Shown: one piece after another, positions 11,040 through 20,423 of the stretch
Layout: the number at the start of each line of letters is the position of its first letter
Position numbering within the stretch: the stretch's first letter is position 1
Assembly: GCA_963844715.1 (NCBI GenBank)
Contig: CAWJPJ010000008.1
Span: forward strand, 96,001-160,000
Reading direction: 5' to 3'
Length of the DNA stretch: 64,000 nucleotides
Origin: an uncultured Phycisphaerales bacterium
Lineage (GTDB): Bacteria; Planctomycetota; Phycisphaerae; Tepidisphaerales; Tepidisphaeraceae
Position numbers and translations under genes: made by a program
Notes under the pieces: model-generated
Seen by the model: only the letters and a program-made list of their open reading frames with translations
What the model was told of the DNA's origin: nothing
Database searches by the model: none

Positions 11040-11374
11040 GCCCAGATTTTACCGGGAATGGTCAAGGGAGTCAAGTATATAATTCCCCAAAAATACATGT
11101 TCCTCGAATGGAAGAGCGGCGACGTAACCATCCTGGGCATGAAGCCATATTATTACGTTCTGAAAAAAGTTGACGTCTCGCAAACCGCCCCAACGACCGA
11201 CTCATCCTCGTCGTACTACCTCCTGAAAAAACTCCCCCCCTCAACATCCGCTCCGGCGAACCAGTGAGAAATGCGAAAACATGGATTTCCCTCGCGCTTA
11301 GATGAGCGTCGCGCTGACATCCGTTCCCCCCTGCCAATCCGCGGAATACGCCGTTCACAAAAATGTGCCACTTA

Positions 11375-12016
11375 TCATTTCTCCCGCACGCCCATCCACA
11401 AAGGCGCCGCCAATACCGACCCCAAAAACGGCGCCGTCAAATAAACCCAAAGACTCGCCAAATGCCCGCTCACAACCGCCGGCGCCAGCGAGCGCGCCGG
11501 ATTCATCGACGCCCCGCAGATCGGCCCGGCAAACAGCGCCTCCAAACCGATCACCCCGCCAATCGCGATCCCCGCCATCGTTCCCGATTCCTTCGAGCCC
11601 GTCGACACGCAAAGAATTACGAACATCAAAATTCCCGTGAGGATCGCCTCCAGCGCAAACGATTGCCAATCCGACCCCGCCGGCGTCGTCGCCCCCAGCC
11701 CCGCAACATTCCCGAACATCCAAAGCAGCGTCAAACTTGCCGCCATAGCCCCGCACAACTGGCTTAAAACGTAAGGCGCGAGCAACCGCGCCTCCAGCCG
11801 CCGCGCCACGGCGAACCCGAGCGAGACCGCCGGATTCAGATGCGCCCCCGACACATCCCCCAGCGCATAAATCATCGCCATCACCACCAGCCCGAACGTC
11901 AGCGCAACCCCCACATGCGAAACCCCGCCCCCGCTGATGTGGTCAATCACAATCGCCCCCGTCCCGCAAAAGACGAGCGCAAACGTCCCCATCGCCTCGG
12001 CCAAAAATCGCCTCAT
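11375..12016 (-). CDS. MIP family aquaporin in the ars operon (likely arsenite channel)
   Basis: Two NPA motifs (HLNPAVS, SMNPARS). Coupled to arsC. Confidence 0.88.
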   Translation of the reverse strand: MRRFLAEAMGTFALVFCGTGAIVIDHISGGGVSHVGVALTFGLVVMAMIYALGDVSGAHLNPAVSLGFAVARRLEARLLAPYVLSQLCGAMAASLTLLWMFGNVAGLGATTPAGSDWQSFALEAILTGILMFVILCVSTGSKESGTMAGIAIGGVIGLEALFAGPICGASMNPARSLAPAVVSGHLASLWVYLTAPFLGSVLAAPLWMGVREK

Positions 12017-12486
12017 CCCTGCCCCTCTCTTTTCTCCGCCTGTTGCCTCTCCAATCCCGCCGGCAACGTTTCCACAAACCCCCGAATCTCATCCCTCACC
12101 CGCCGATAATGCCCCATCGCCTCCTCTTCATTCCGCGCGAACTTCGCCAGCCGCGGCGGATCATCAAACCCCACATGCACTACCTTCGTCTTCCCCGGAA
12201 ACACCGGGCACGCCTCATGCGCGTCATCGCAAACCGTCACCACATAATCAAACGGCACCTCCCTTAATTCATCCACATACTTAGAACGCTGCCCGTCGAT
12301 ATCCACTCCCGCCTCTTTCATCGCCTGAATCGCCAGCCTGTTCACCCCATGCGGCGACACTCCCGCCGAATACGCCTCGATTACGTCCCCCTTCAATTCC
12401 CGCGCCCATCCCTCCGCCATCTGGCTTCGGCACGAATTCCCCGTGCAGAGAAACAGCACGCGCAGTTTCTTCTGATCACCGCCCAC
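12013..12486 (-). CDS. arsC: Thioredoxin-type arsenate reductase (LMW-PTP fold)
   Basis: CTGNSCRSQMAEG, VTVC...ACPVFPG, FDDP and RRVRDEI. Confidence 0.9.
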   Translation of the reverse strand: MGGDQKKLRVLFLCTGNSCRSQMAEGWARELKGDVIEAYSAGVSPHGVNRLAIQAMKEAGVDIDGQRSKYVDELREVPFDYVVTVCDDAHEACPVFPGKTKVVHVGFDDPPRLAKFARNEEEAMGHYRRVRDEIRGFVETLPAGLERQQAEKREGQG

Positions 12487-12868
12487 AGCATCCCCCGTTT
12501 CCCTTTCCGCGCTTCGAGGAAGGGCAGCAACTTTCCAGGGCGTCCGCCAGCGCTCGCAGCTTCGCCCCCAGCTCGCCGTATTTCACCTTGTAATAGACCG
12601 TCCGTCCCTCCTTCGCAGAGTCCACGATTCCCGCCCGCTCCAGAAGAGCCAGATGCCGCGACACCACCGAAAAATCGACGGAGCAGCATTCCGCCACTTC
12701 GCTCACCGAGCATGCCCGCCCGCACTTGGACAAACACGCCAGCAGGTTCAACCGAGTCGGATCGCACAGCCCCTTGAAAAGCTCCACGTCCAGAAGGTCG
12801 TCGATCGCCCCGCAGCACCCCGCCGCCAGCTTCGGCGTCAAGGGTCTTCGTTTGCTTATTTGCGTCAT
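12476..12868 (-). CDS. arsR: ArsR/SmtB transcriptional repressor
   Basis: C-terminal 130 aa of ORF 12476..13456: FKGLCDPTRL, VSRHLALL and GRTVYY. Own ATG at 12868 with an adjacent promoter. Confidence 0.88.
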   Translation of the reverse strand: MTQISKRRPLTPKLAAGCCGAIDDLLDVELFKGLCDPTRLNLLACLSKCGRACSVSEVAECCSVDFSVVSRHLALLERAGIVDSAKEGRTVYYKVKYGELGAKLRALADALESCCPSSKRGKGNGGCCGR

Positions 12869-12903
12869 AATGCAAGTATACACCTCCGGCAGCCGCAAGG
12901 CAA
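12857..12903 (-). promoter_or_regulatory. Sigma70-type promoter and putative ArsR operator
   Basis: Minus strand TTGCCT-17nt-TATACT-6nt-ATG (possibly leaderless). Imperfect palindrome TATTTGCGT-N4-ATGCAAGTA at 12857-12878 overlaps the start codon. Confidence 0.55.
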
Positions 12904-12933
12904 GCCGCCGTCGAGCCCGCCCCCTCAACGTCT

Positions 12934-13506
12934 TCAGCGCCTGCTGCGGTGAATCATTAAGAAATGCGAAAACTCGGTTTTCCCCCTGCGCATAAACCAG
13001 CGTCATGCTCACATCCGTCTCCCCCCGCCATTCCCAGTACGCCGCATCGGGCGCCGCCGCCGCCGGCGTCCCAGACGCCGGCCCATACCCCTGCGGCGGA
13101 ATATACCCCGGCGAATCCACGCCCCCGGTCACCGCGCTGGTTCCATACTGATTCCCAGGCGATGCGGCTTCGTCCTCATCCGCCATCGGCGGAAAAACCT
13201 CGTCGATATAAGATTCCGGCGCGATCGTCTCGCTCTGCAGCGGATGACTCTGCCCATCCGGATCGACCACCGCGCTTTTTCCGCCCAGCAATTCAATCGG
13301 GTCGCTCGTCGGATTAAAGATATGCATCACCAACCGCCCGTCATCCGCGCAGGTGGTACTGAAGCGGATCCAGCGAAACGCCCGTCCAATCATCCCCGGT
13401 GATTTGCGGACTCGCGACGTGCGGCTGCACCAGATCAAACTGCCAAGTCTGCGCACCCCGTACAGAAAAGAGACAACACCAGAAACAAGAACAATCGCAA
13501 GGTCAT
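12934..13506 (-). CDS. Hypothetical lipoprotein (frameshifted)
   Basis: MTLRLFLFLVLSLFCTG-C signal at 13506. Body is in the 12476..13456 frame; probable stop after FSHFLMIHRSRR at 12934. Confidence 0.55.
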
Positions 13507-13556
13507 AAACCCCATGTAACCATGCCCCGACGAGCTTTTCTAGCCTCCAGCTTCTA

Positions 13557-14443
13557 GGGCCTGTCTGATGAATCGCTTTTGGTTATAAATAGCGGTTTTC
13601 AGACGAGGTGTCACGGATGCGACGTTATGAGCTCACGGATGAGCAGTACGAGTTGATCGGCGATCTGCTGCCCGGCAACGGCAAGCGCGGCGGGCAGTGG
13701 AACGACCACCGCACCACGCTCAACGGCATGTTCTGGATTCTGCACTCGGGCGCTCAATGGCGCGAGATGCCCGAACGTTACGGCAGATGGCAAAGCGTCT
13801 ACGACCGCTTCAACCGCTGGAGAAAGGACGGAACGATTGATCGAATCCTCCAGCGGCTGCAGATGAGGTTGGACAAGCAAGGACGAATCGACTGGGACCT
13901 GTGGTGCATCGACGGCACCAATGTGCGAGCCAGTCGATCCGCCGCCGGAGCCAGAAAATCAAAACCGCCCCGGAAGAACCGGCGGATCACGCGTTGGGCC
14001 GCAGCCGAGGCGGGTGGGGCAGCAAGCTCCACCTGGTTACTGACGGCCAGGGAGTTCCGCTCGCCGTCGAGGCCAGCGCCGGCCAATGCCACGAGAGCCG
14101 GTACGTGGAGCCGGTGATGAACGCGATGCGCATCGGTCGCCGCCGTCGTCGCCCCAGGAGGCTGGCGGGCGACAAGGGATACAGTTACGGAAATGTGCGG
14201 CGATGGCTGCGTCGCCACCGAATCCAAGCGGTGATCCCGGCGAAATCGAATCAGCCGCCGCAGGAGAACTTTGATCGCAAGGCGTATCGCCGACGGAACG
14301 TGGTGGAGCGTTGCGTGAATTGGATGAAGGAGAATCGCCGCCTGGGCACGCGTTACGAGAAACTGGCGGTGAACTTTCAGGCCATGGCCAAGCTCGCCAT
14401 GATCCGTCGCTATTTCAGGATTTTGGATTCATCAGACAGGCCC
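13557..14443 (+). mobile_element. IS5-family (IS427-like) insertion sequence, 887 bp
   Basis: Perfect 18-bp IRs GGGCCTGTCTGATGAATC / GATTCATCAGACAGGCCC. TA is duplicated within a CTAG target. Confidence 0.93.
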
Positions 14444-14446
14444 TAG
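13617..14446 (+). CDS. IS5 family transposase, two ORFs joined by a -1 frameshift
   Basis: ORF A: YELTDEQ, GAQWREMPERYG, IDGT. ORF B: LGRSRGG, GDKGY, YRRRNVVER. The TAG stop uses the target TA. Confidence 0.9.
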
Positions 14447-14462
14447 AATCTAGCCTCTAGTC

Positions 14463-15148
14463 ATGAGCAGACATCGCGGCTTTTTCTTCCTGATGGGCAC
14501 GCGCCGCATGATCTCCAACGACGGCGCGCCCGCCGAGGCCGTCTGTCCCAATTGCCACCAGCGCGTCCTATTTCAGCCCAAGAGCGCGCGGAACTGGTTC
14601 ACTTTCTTTCTGATCCCGCTTTTCCCCGTCAGCGGAAAGACCAGCATCAGCCAATGCGGCAACTGCCGGATGCAATATCGCCTCACCCCCCAGGAATTGA
14701 ACACGCGCGTCGCCGCCTCCCAGCAGCAGCACATGCAGCAGGCGATCCAGATGTACAACAGCCTGCGAACCAGCCCCGCCAATTCGGTGACGCTGAATAA
14801 TCTGATGCTGCTTTACCTCGAGTTGCGCGAGCTGGACCAGGCCGTTTCCGCCGCCAACGAATTTCCCCAGGCCCTCAACGCCAGCGAGCAGTGCATGACC
14901 ACGCTCGGCCGCGTGCTCATGGAGCGAGGCCAGCACGCCGAGGCCATCAAATGGTTCGACGCCGCCCTGGCCCGCAACCCCATGCTCGGCGAGGCCTCCT
15001 ATTGCAAAGCCGTCGCCCTGATGAATTTGAAACCCCCGGACCTCGAAGCCGCCAAAGCCGCCGCCCGCGCCGCGGGGTGCCAACGTCCCCGGCGCCGACG
15101 TCCTTCTCCGCAACATCGAAGGCCTGCGCCGCGACAGGTCAATCCTGA
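14463..15148 (+). CDS. Zinc-ribbon + TPR protein
   Basis: CPNC...WFTFFLIPLFP...CGNC followed by TPR-like helices. Frameshift near the 3' end. Confidence 0.7.
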
Positions 15149-16445
15149 GTCGCCGCATGAAAAGCATGCGACCGCCGCGTCGACGGCGCCGTGCTAGGCT
15201 TATATGCTGCCGCCCCCTCAAGCCCAACTCCCGTCACATTGTTAATAAAAACCCTCGCCCCCATGACCTGAACGTCGCGCAGCTCAACATTCCGCATATT
15301 CGATAAATAAATCCCCTTGCGGCATCGCCCCGTGATGTCCAGCAGAAACAATCCATCCAACGGCTTCACCGCCGAAATGTTAGACGCCTCCACCAGCGTA
15401 TCGCAATCCACCCGCGCGTCTGAGATGCCGATATTCCCCGCCTGCGGAATCCCCGCCTCCCCCGGCACCGGCTCCGAATCCGCGATCCCCTTCATCACCA
15501 GGTCGATCCGCAAAAACGCCTTCGCCTTCGCGTCGATATCCTCAAACCAGACGTTTTGGATAGTTCCGCCCCGTCCATTGCGGCTCTTAATGAATATCGC
15601 ATTCGTCCCCTTGCTGAACTGGCAATGTTCCACCAGCACATCGCGGATACCGCCGGACATTTCCGTCCCGATCCCGATCCCGGCAAACGACTTGCTCCCC
15701 AACTTGCACCCGCTGATCAAAACATCCTCCGTCGGCGCGCCGTCCCGGACCGCCGCCAGTCCGCGCCGGACTTCAGACTGATCGCATCGTCCCCCGAATC
15801 GATATCGCATTTCTCGATCGACACATTCTTGCACGAATCAACGTCGATCCCATCCCCATTGGCCAGATTGCTCCGAATCGTCAGATTACGAATCGAAACA
15901 TCCCGGCAAAAGGCCGGATGAATCGACCAGTCCCGCTGAAACGTCGTAAAAAACCCGTCGAGAACGACGTCATCGCACCTCATCAACTCCACCAGCAACG
16001 GCCCCCGCGGATTCCGCAGCGGCCCCAGCGCATCGCATCCAACGATCCGGCCAGGGCCGTATACTCGAATGTGATCCGCATGATCCGCCCAAAGCAGGGC
16101 CCGCCGTCCCTGCATCCACCGCCCCTCATTCCGCACGGTCACAATCGGATAATCGTCCGCATTACAGCTCCCCCAAAGCACGGCGTCCGCCTCGAGCCGC
16201 AGCGTCGTATTCGCCCCAATCCGCAGGCTTCCGATACGATAATTGCCCGCCGGCACGTCAACCTGCCCCCCGCGCTCGGCGCATCGATCCAAAGCCGCTT
16301 GAATCGCAGCCGTATCCAGACTCGCGCCATCCCCAATCGCCCCCAATTGCCGCACATTCCAGTCCCCCGGCCCCGATGCGCACCCGCCCAGCAAAAGCAA
16401 AATCCCCCAGCCAAGGATCGCCGTCGCGGCAAGGCGGCATTTCAT
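15139..16445 (-). CDS. Glycoside hydrolase family 28 (polygalacturonase-like), frameshifted
   Basis: NGDGID and GDDAISLKSG in ORF 15717..16499; GTEMSGG and IKS.NGRGG in ORF 15139..15834. Confidence 0.85.
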
Positions 16446-16604
16446 CGCGCCGAAATTATCCGGCCCCGCGCCGGTGCGATCAATGACGATAAATGACATC
16501 GTATTTCTTTCGTTTTCTGCTAAGTTAACCGCCGCCCAGGCGGGGCGTTAGCGGCGGCTCGCCGCTTTTCCACCGGCGACAGCGGAGGTCCAAAGAACCG
16601 GAGT

Positions 16605-18590
16605 TTGTTCATGCATTGGATCGATTGGGCCATCACCCTCTCGTCGGTCATCCTCGTCTTCGGCTGCGCCCTCTACACCAAGCGCTATAACCGCAGCGTC
16701 GCCGACTTCATGGCCGGGGGCCGCGCCGCCGGTCGATATCTCATCTGCAACGCCAAAGGCGAAGCCTCCTCCGGCGTCGCCAATACCATTTCCAAGTTTC
16801 AAACCTATTCCACGGCCGGTTTCGTCACGAGCTGGTGGGACGCCCTCGGCCTCCCCATGCTCATGATCGCATCCCTTTTCGGATTCATTGTCTATCGCTA
16901 CCGCCAGACCCGCGCCATGACCGTCGGGCAGTTTTTCGAGATGCGCTACTCCCGCAATTTCCGCAAATTCACCGGCATTCTTGGTTTTATCGCCGGAATC
17001 CTCAACTACGGCATCTTCCCCGCCGTCGCTTCCAACTTCTTCGTCTATTTCCTGGGCCTCCCCCCCGTCACCCATTGGGGCCCGCTGCATATTCACACCA
17101 ACGACATCGTTATGGCCATCTACCTCAGCTCCTGCCTATGGATGATGCTCGTCGGCGGACAAATCACCCTCCTGGTCATCAACTGCATCGACGGAATCCT
17201 TTCCCATCTCATTTACGTCATCATGATCTGGGCCATTCTCTACGCCGTCGGCTGGGGCGAGATCAAACACCTCATGTTCCAGCAGTCTCCCGGCCATTCC
17301 ATGGTCAATCCCTTTGACGCCTTCAAGGTCAAAAACTTCAACTTCTGGTACGTCATGATCTACTGGATCATGTACATCTATCAGACCAATTCCGTGCAAA
17401 AGGACAACGGCTATTCCGCCGCCGCCCGAAACCCGCACGAAGCCATGATGGGCGGCGTCCTGGGCAACTGGCGCATGATGGCCCGCTCCGTCATGCTCGT
17501 TGTCGTCTCGCTGGGCGCGCTGGCATACACCATGCAACCCCACTACACCGGCTTCCAACTCGTCAAATCCGCTCCCCTTCAGATACAAGACCAATTGCGA
17601 ATCCCCGTCGCGCTACGCTTCCTGCTTCCCGTCGGAGTAAAAGGGCTGTTCCTCACCATCATGGTCCTGGGCATGACCGACGGCGACTCCGCCCACATCC
17701 TCACCTGGGGCGGCATCTTCATTCAGGACGTCGTCCTCCCATTCCGCGGCCGCCCGCTCGAGCCCGAGCAGCACGTCCGCGTCCTCCGCTGGAGTGTGAC
17801 GGGAGTCGCCGCCTTCGCCCTGGTCTTCAGCCACTTTTTCACGCAGACTCAGTACATCGCCAACTGGTGGGCCATCACCGAGGCGATCTTCGTCAGCGGG
17901 GCGGGAATCTCGATCATCGGCGGCCTCTACTGGAGCCGCGGCACCGGCACCGGCGCCTGGCTGGCGGTGATCGTCGGTGCAACGGTCGCCGCGTTTGGAA
18001 TTCTCGCGCCCTATCGCTGGCCGAATTTCCCGTTTAACGGGACGGAAATGAAAGGGATCGCCGCCGTCGCGGCAATTCTGGTCTATGTTTCCATGTCGCT
18101 GGTGACCAGCCGCGAGCGGCACGATATGGATCGCCTTCTAAATCGCGGCAAGTGGGCGGTCGCCGACGACAAGATCGCCGTCGCCGCCAAGCCCGCCGCC
18201 AAGCCCCGGAACAGGCTCCAAAAAATCATGGGCATCAACGACAACTTCACTTTCACCGACAAGCTGGTCACGGGCGGCCTGTTTGTCTGGTCCATGCTCT
18301 CCATGGCAATTGTCGTCGTCGGGACAGTCTGGAACCTGGCCTTCAAGGGATGGTCCAACGAGACTTGGGCAACCTATTGGTTCGTCATGGGCTTGGTCAT
18401 CCCCATGATCATCGCCGGGATCACTCTGGTCTGGTTTGGCATCGGTGGGGCCATGGACCTGAACAAGTTCTTCCGCCGGCTGGCAACCATGAAACGGGAC
18501 GAAACCGATGACGGAACGGTCAATGAACATGCCCAATCCCCAGAGCACGCTCTCCCCGTCATGCCCGCCGGAGAGGAGACCCGCCGATAA
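16605..18590 (+). CDS. Sodium:solute symporter family transporter
   Basis: Many TM segments, DFMAGGR and RAMTVGQFFEMRYS. Confidence 0.88.
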   Translation: MFMHWIDWAITLSSVILVFGCALYTKRYNRSVADFMAGGRAAGRYLICNAKGEASSGVANTISKFQTYSTAGFVTSWWDALGLPMLMIASLFGFIVYRYRQTRAMTVGQFFEMRYSRNFRKFTGILGFIAGILNYGIFPAVASNFFVYFLGLPPVTHWGPLHIHTNDIVMAIYLSSCLWMMLVGGQITLLVINCIDGILSHLIYVIMIWAILYAVGWGEIKHLMFQQSPGHSMVNPFDAFKVKNFNFWYVMIYWIMYIYQTNSVQKDNGYSAAARNPHEAMMGGVLGNWRMMARSVMLVVVSLGALAYTMQPHYTGFQLVKSAPLQIQDQLRIPVALRFLLPVGVKGLFLTIMVLGMTDGDSAHILTWGGIFIQDVVLPFRGRPLEPEQHVRVLRWSVTGVAAFALVFSHFFTQTQYIANWWAITEAIFVSGAGISIIGGLYWSRGTGTGAWLAVIVGATVAAFGILAPYRWPNFPFNGTEMKGIAAVAAILVYVSMSLVTSRERHDMDRLLNRGKWAVADDKIAVAAKPAAKPRNRLQKIMGINDNFTFTDKLVTGGLFVWSMLSMAIVVVGTVWNLAFKGWSNETWATYWFVMGLVIPMIIAGITLVWFGIGGAMDLNKFFRRLATMKRDETDDGTVNEHAQSPEHALPVMPAGEETRR

Positions 18591-19012
18591 TATCGGCTAT
18601 AAGATGCTGAAAATTATTGAGTTATATGCGTAACGCCGCAAAAAATGGCCAAAAATGCCCCGAAAACGCCTATGGGGAACGAAAATAGTTGTTGAAGCTA
18701 ATCGCTTGGCAAGCTATTCTGGCGGGCCTGTCGGCGGAGTGAGAAGTTGCCACGATAAATGTGAACGGCCTACTAAGTCGCTGCAAAATTTCAGAGAAAT
18801 TTGATCGTCGTATCGCCCAACGTAATGATTGTTGAAGAGTGCGGACGCGGACCCAGGCATGGAGGTTGGCTTGGGTGATTTGGGACCGCAGTGTGCGTTC
18901 CTGCCGTGTGTAAATCCCACTGAAAACGCCGAACGATTCCGAGTAACGGTCTGGCGGTTGTTTCCAAGAGCGAGCATTCAACGGGTTTTTTGCCCACTAT
19001 GACGGAGGTTTT

Positions 19013-20305
19013 ATGAAGCGATCAAGAGGTTTTACCCTCGTGGAATTGCTGGTGGTGATCGGCATCATCGCAATTCTGATTTCCATTTTGCTCCCATCGT
19101 TGACCAAAGCCCAACGCATGGCCAAGATGGCCCGCTGGGGTGAATTCAGCGCGTCGTTCCGATCCCAGACGAATCTGATCGGCTATTACAACTTCCTCAA
19201 CGACGTGGGTAATGCGATTGTCAGGAACCAGGCCATCGTCTGCGACGACCAGCGCATGACTCCAAGTGCGCTCGATATGCATTTGGGCGATGCTTCTCAG
19301 TCCCCTGCGCCCGAGCACGGCGGTACGTACACCCCCGTTAACCCTCTTTACGTTCCGGGGTACGGCGGACCGTTGTTCGCCACGCTGAGTGACATCTGGG
19401 GTATGGACGGGCGCTTCCCTGGGAAGGGTGCCATCACCAACAGCCCTTACGGTGCAACACCCACGGGCCCATATTACGTCGGCAACGTCTTCGGCAGCGG
19501 CATGCAGCAGCTTGCGCGTTTGCTTAACAACACCGATAGCGGTTCGACGGATCAGGAGCTGACGGTCGCCGCTTGGATTAACTCGCCTCCTCTGGGTCTT
19601 GAGCCGGGCATTGCGGCCACTGGAGGCACGGACGGCATTTACATCTTCAACTGGCGCGTGGCGTTCACTGGAACGGCGACCGGACCGAACGTTGCCGACG
19701 TCATCCGGTTCTACTGCGACAAGACTCAAAACATGAGTTTTAAGATCGGCAATTATCAAGCGGCTTCTTATGACATAGTGCACGATCCGCAGCACCTGGC
19801 GACCGGATCATGGGACTTCTGGGTGGGCACATTCCGTTATCAGCCCAACGTGTGGCCCAACAGCAAGTGGAACCAGATTACCCGCCTCTATCGGAATAAC
19901 ACCCTCTGCGCAAGTGGTCCCTTTGTTCAGGCGGACGGTAATTATCCGGATACAACTACCCCCGGCAGTAACCCCGGTGGTGCTTCCACGCCGCTGGCTG
20001 GGTTCTCCACTTTCGTCGAGTCGACCGATCCCCCCTCGACCGTCGGCGATGGTACTAATGCGGGTGAATCCGGCACCAATGGTTTGAAGAACGACATGGA
20101 CATTATGTGGAGCAAAGACCACGGCGTGAACAATTACGCCTTCTGGGGCCAGTATGATGAAGTTGCCATCTTCGATAAAGATCTCAGCGACGACCACAAG
20201 CCCACGACGCAGTGGCCGTCTACCCAGCAATGCCCCAATGACGCCGTTACGGAAGATCCGTCCGGCAGCACCCTCTCGCAGATGTATCTCTCCGGGACGC
20301 CGTAA
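19013..20305 (+). CDS. Prepilin N-terminal methylation domain protein with LamG-like C-terminal region
   Basis: G/FTLVELLVVIGIIAILISILLPSL; TVAAW, RLYRN and GQYDEVAIFD resemble LamG/ConA. GGAGG RBS. Confidence 0.85.
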   Translation: MKRSRGFTLVELLVVIGIIAILISILLPSLTKAQRMAKMARWGEFSASFRSQTNLIGYYNFLNDVGNAIVRNQAIVCDDQRMTPSALDMHLGDASQSPAPEHGGTYTPVNPLYVPGYGGPLFATLSDIWGMDGRFPGKGAITNSPYGATPTGPYYVGNVFGSGMQQLARLLNNTDSGSTDQELTVAAWINSPPLGLEPGIAATGGTDGIYIFNWRVAFTGTATGPNVADVIRFYCDKTQNMSFKIGNYQAASYDIVHDPQHLATGSWDFWVGTFRYQPNVWPNSKWNQITRLYRNNTLCASGPFVQADGNYPDTTTPGSNPGGASTPLAGFSTFVESTDPPSTVGDGTNAGESGTNGLKNDMDIMWSKDHGVNNYAFWGQYDEVAIFDKDLSDDHKPTTQWPSTQQCPNDAVTEDPSGSTLSQMYLSGTP

Positions 20306-20344
20306 CTTCGGCATTGGGAATTGCCCCTTCGCATAAGAAATCAG

Positions 20345-20382
20345 GCGGAGCGTTCCTCATCGAACGCTCCGCTTTCCTTTTT
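20345..20382 (+). terminator. Rho-independent terminator
   Basis: GCGGAGCGTTC-ctcatc-GAACGCTCCGC followed by a T-rich tract. Confidence 0.75.
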
Positions 20383-20423
20383 CCACTATTGACCCGCCGC
20401 CCTTTTTTTGCATTCTTTCAGTC

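Larger units (their letters stand above)
9152..11087 (-). mobile_element. IS1595-family element with passenger genes (1936 bp)
   Basis: IRs GGGAATTATATACTTGAGTCCC (9152-9173) and GGGAGTCAAGTATATAATTCCC (11066-11087), 21/22 match. 8-bp TSD CAAAAATA at 9144-9151 and 11088-11095. Confidence 0.95.
6443..11267 (+). pseudogene. Membrane Ser/Thr protein kinase with C-terminal sensor domain, interrupted by IS1595 and with several frameshifts
   Basis: GRGGMGAV, VALK, HRDIKPEN, DFG and GTPKYMAPE in 6443..7336; hydrophobic segments 7440-8540. Removing the IS and one TSD joins ...DIQGQK to YMFLEWKSGD...KPYYYVLKK in frame. A single gene across the internal frameshifts is inferred. Confidence 0.7.

Noticed and set aside
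12476..13456. 326-aa lipoprotein-ArsR fusion in the ORF track
   Set aside because: arsR has its own promoter and ATG at 12868. The read-through is best explained by a frameshift near the end of the upstream gene.
13940..13975. Defined programmed frameshift motif in the IS5 transposase
   Set aside because: A -1 shift is required and is typical of the group, but AGAAAATCAAAAC is not a clean slippery heptamer and the assembly has indel errors.
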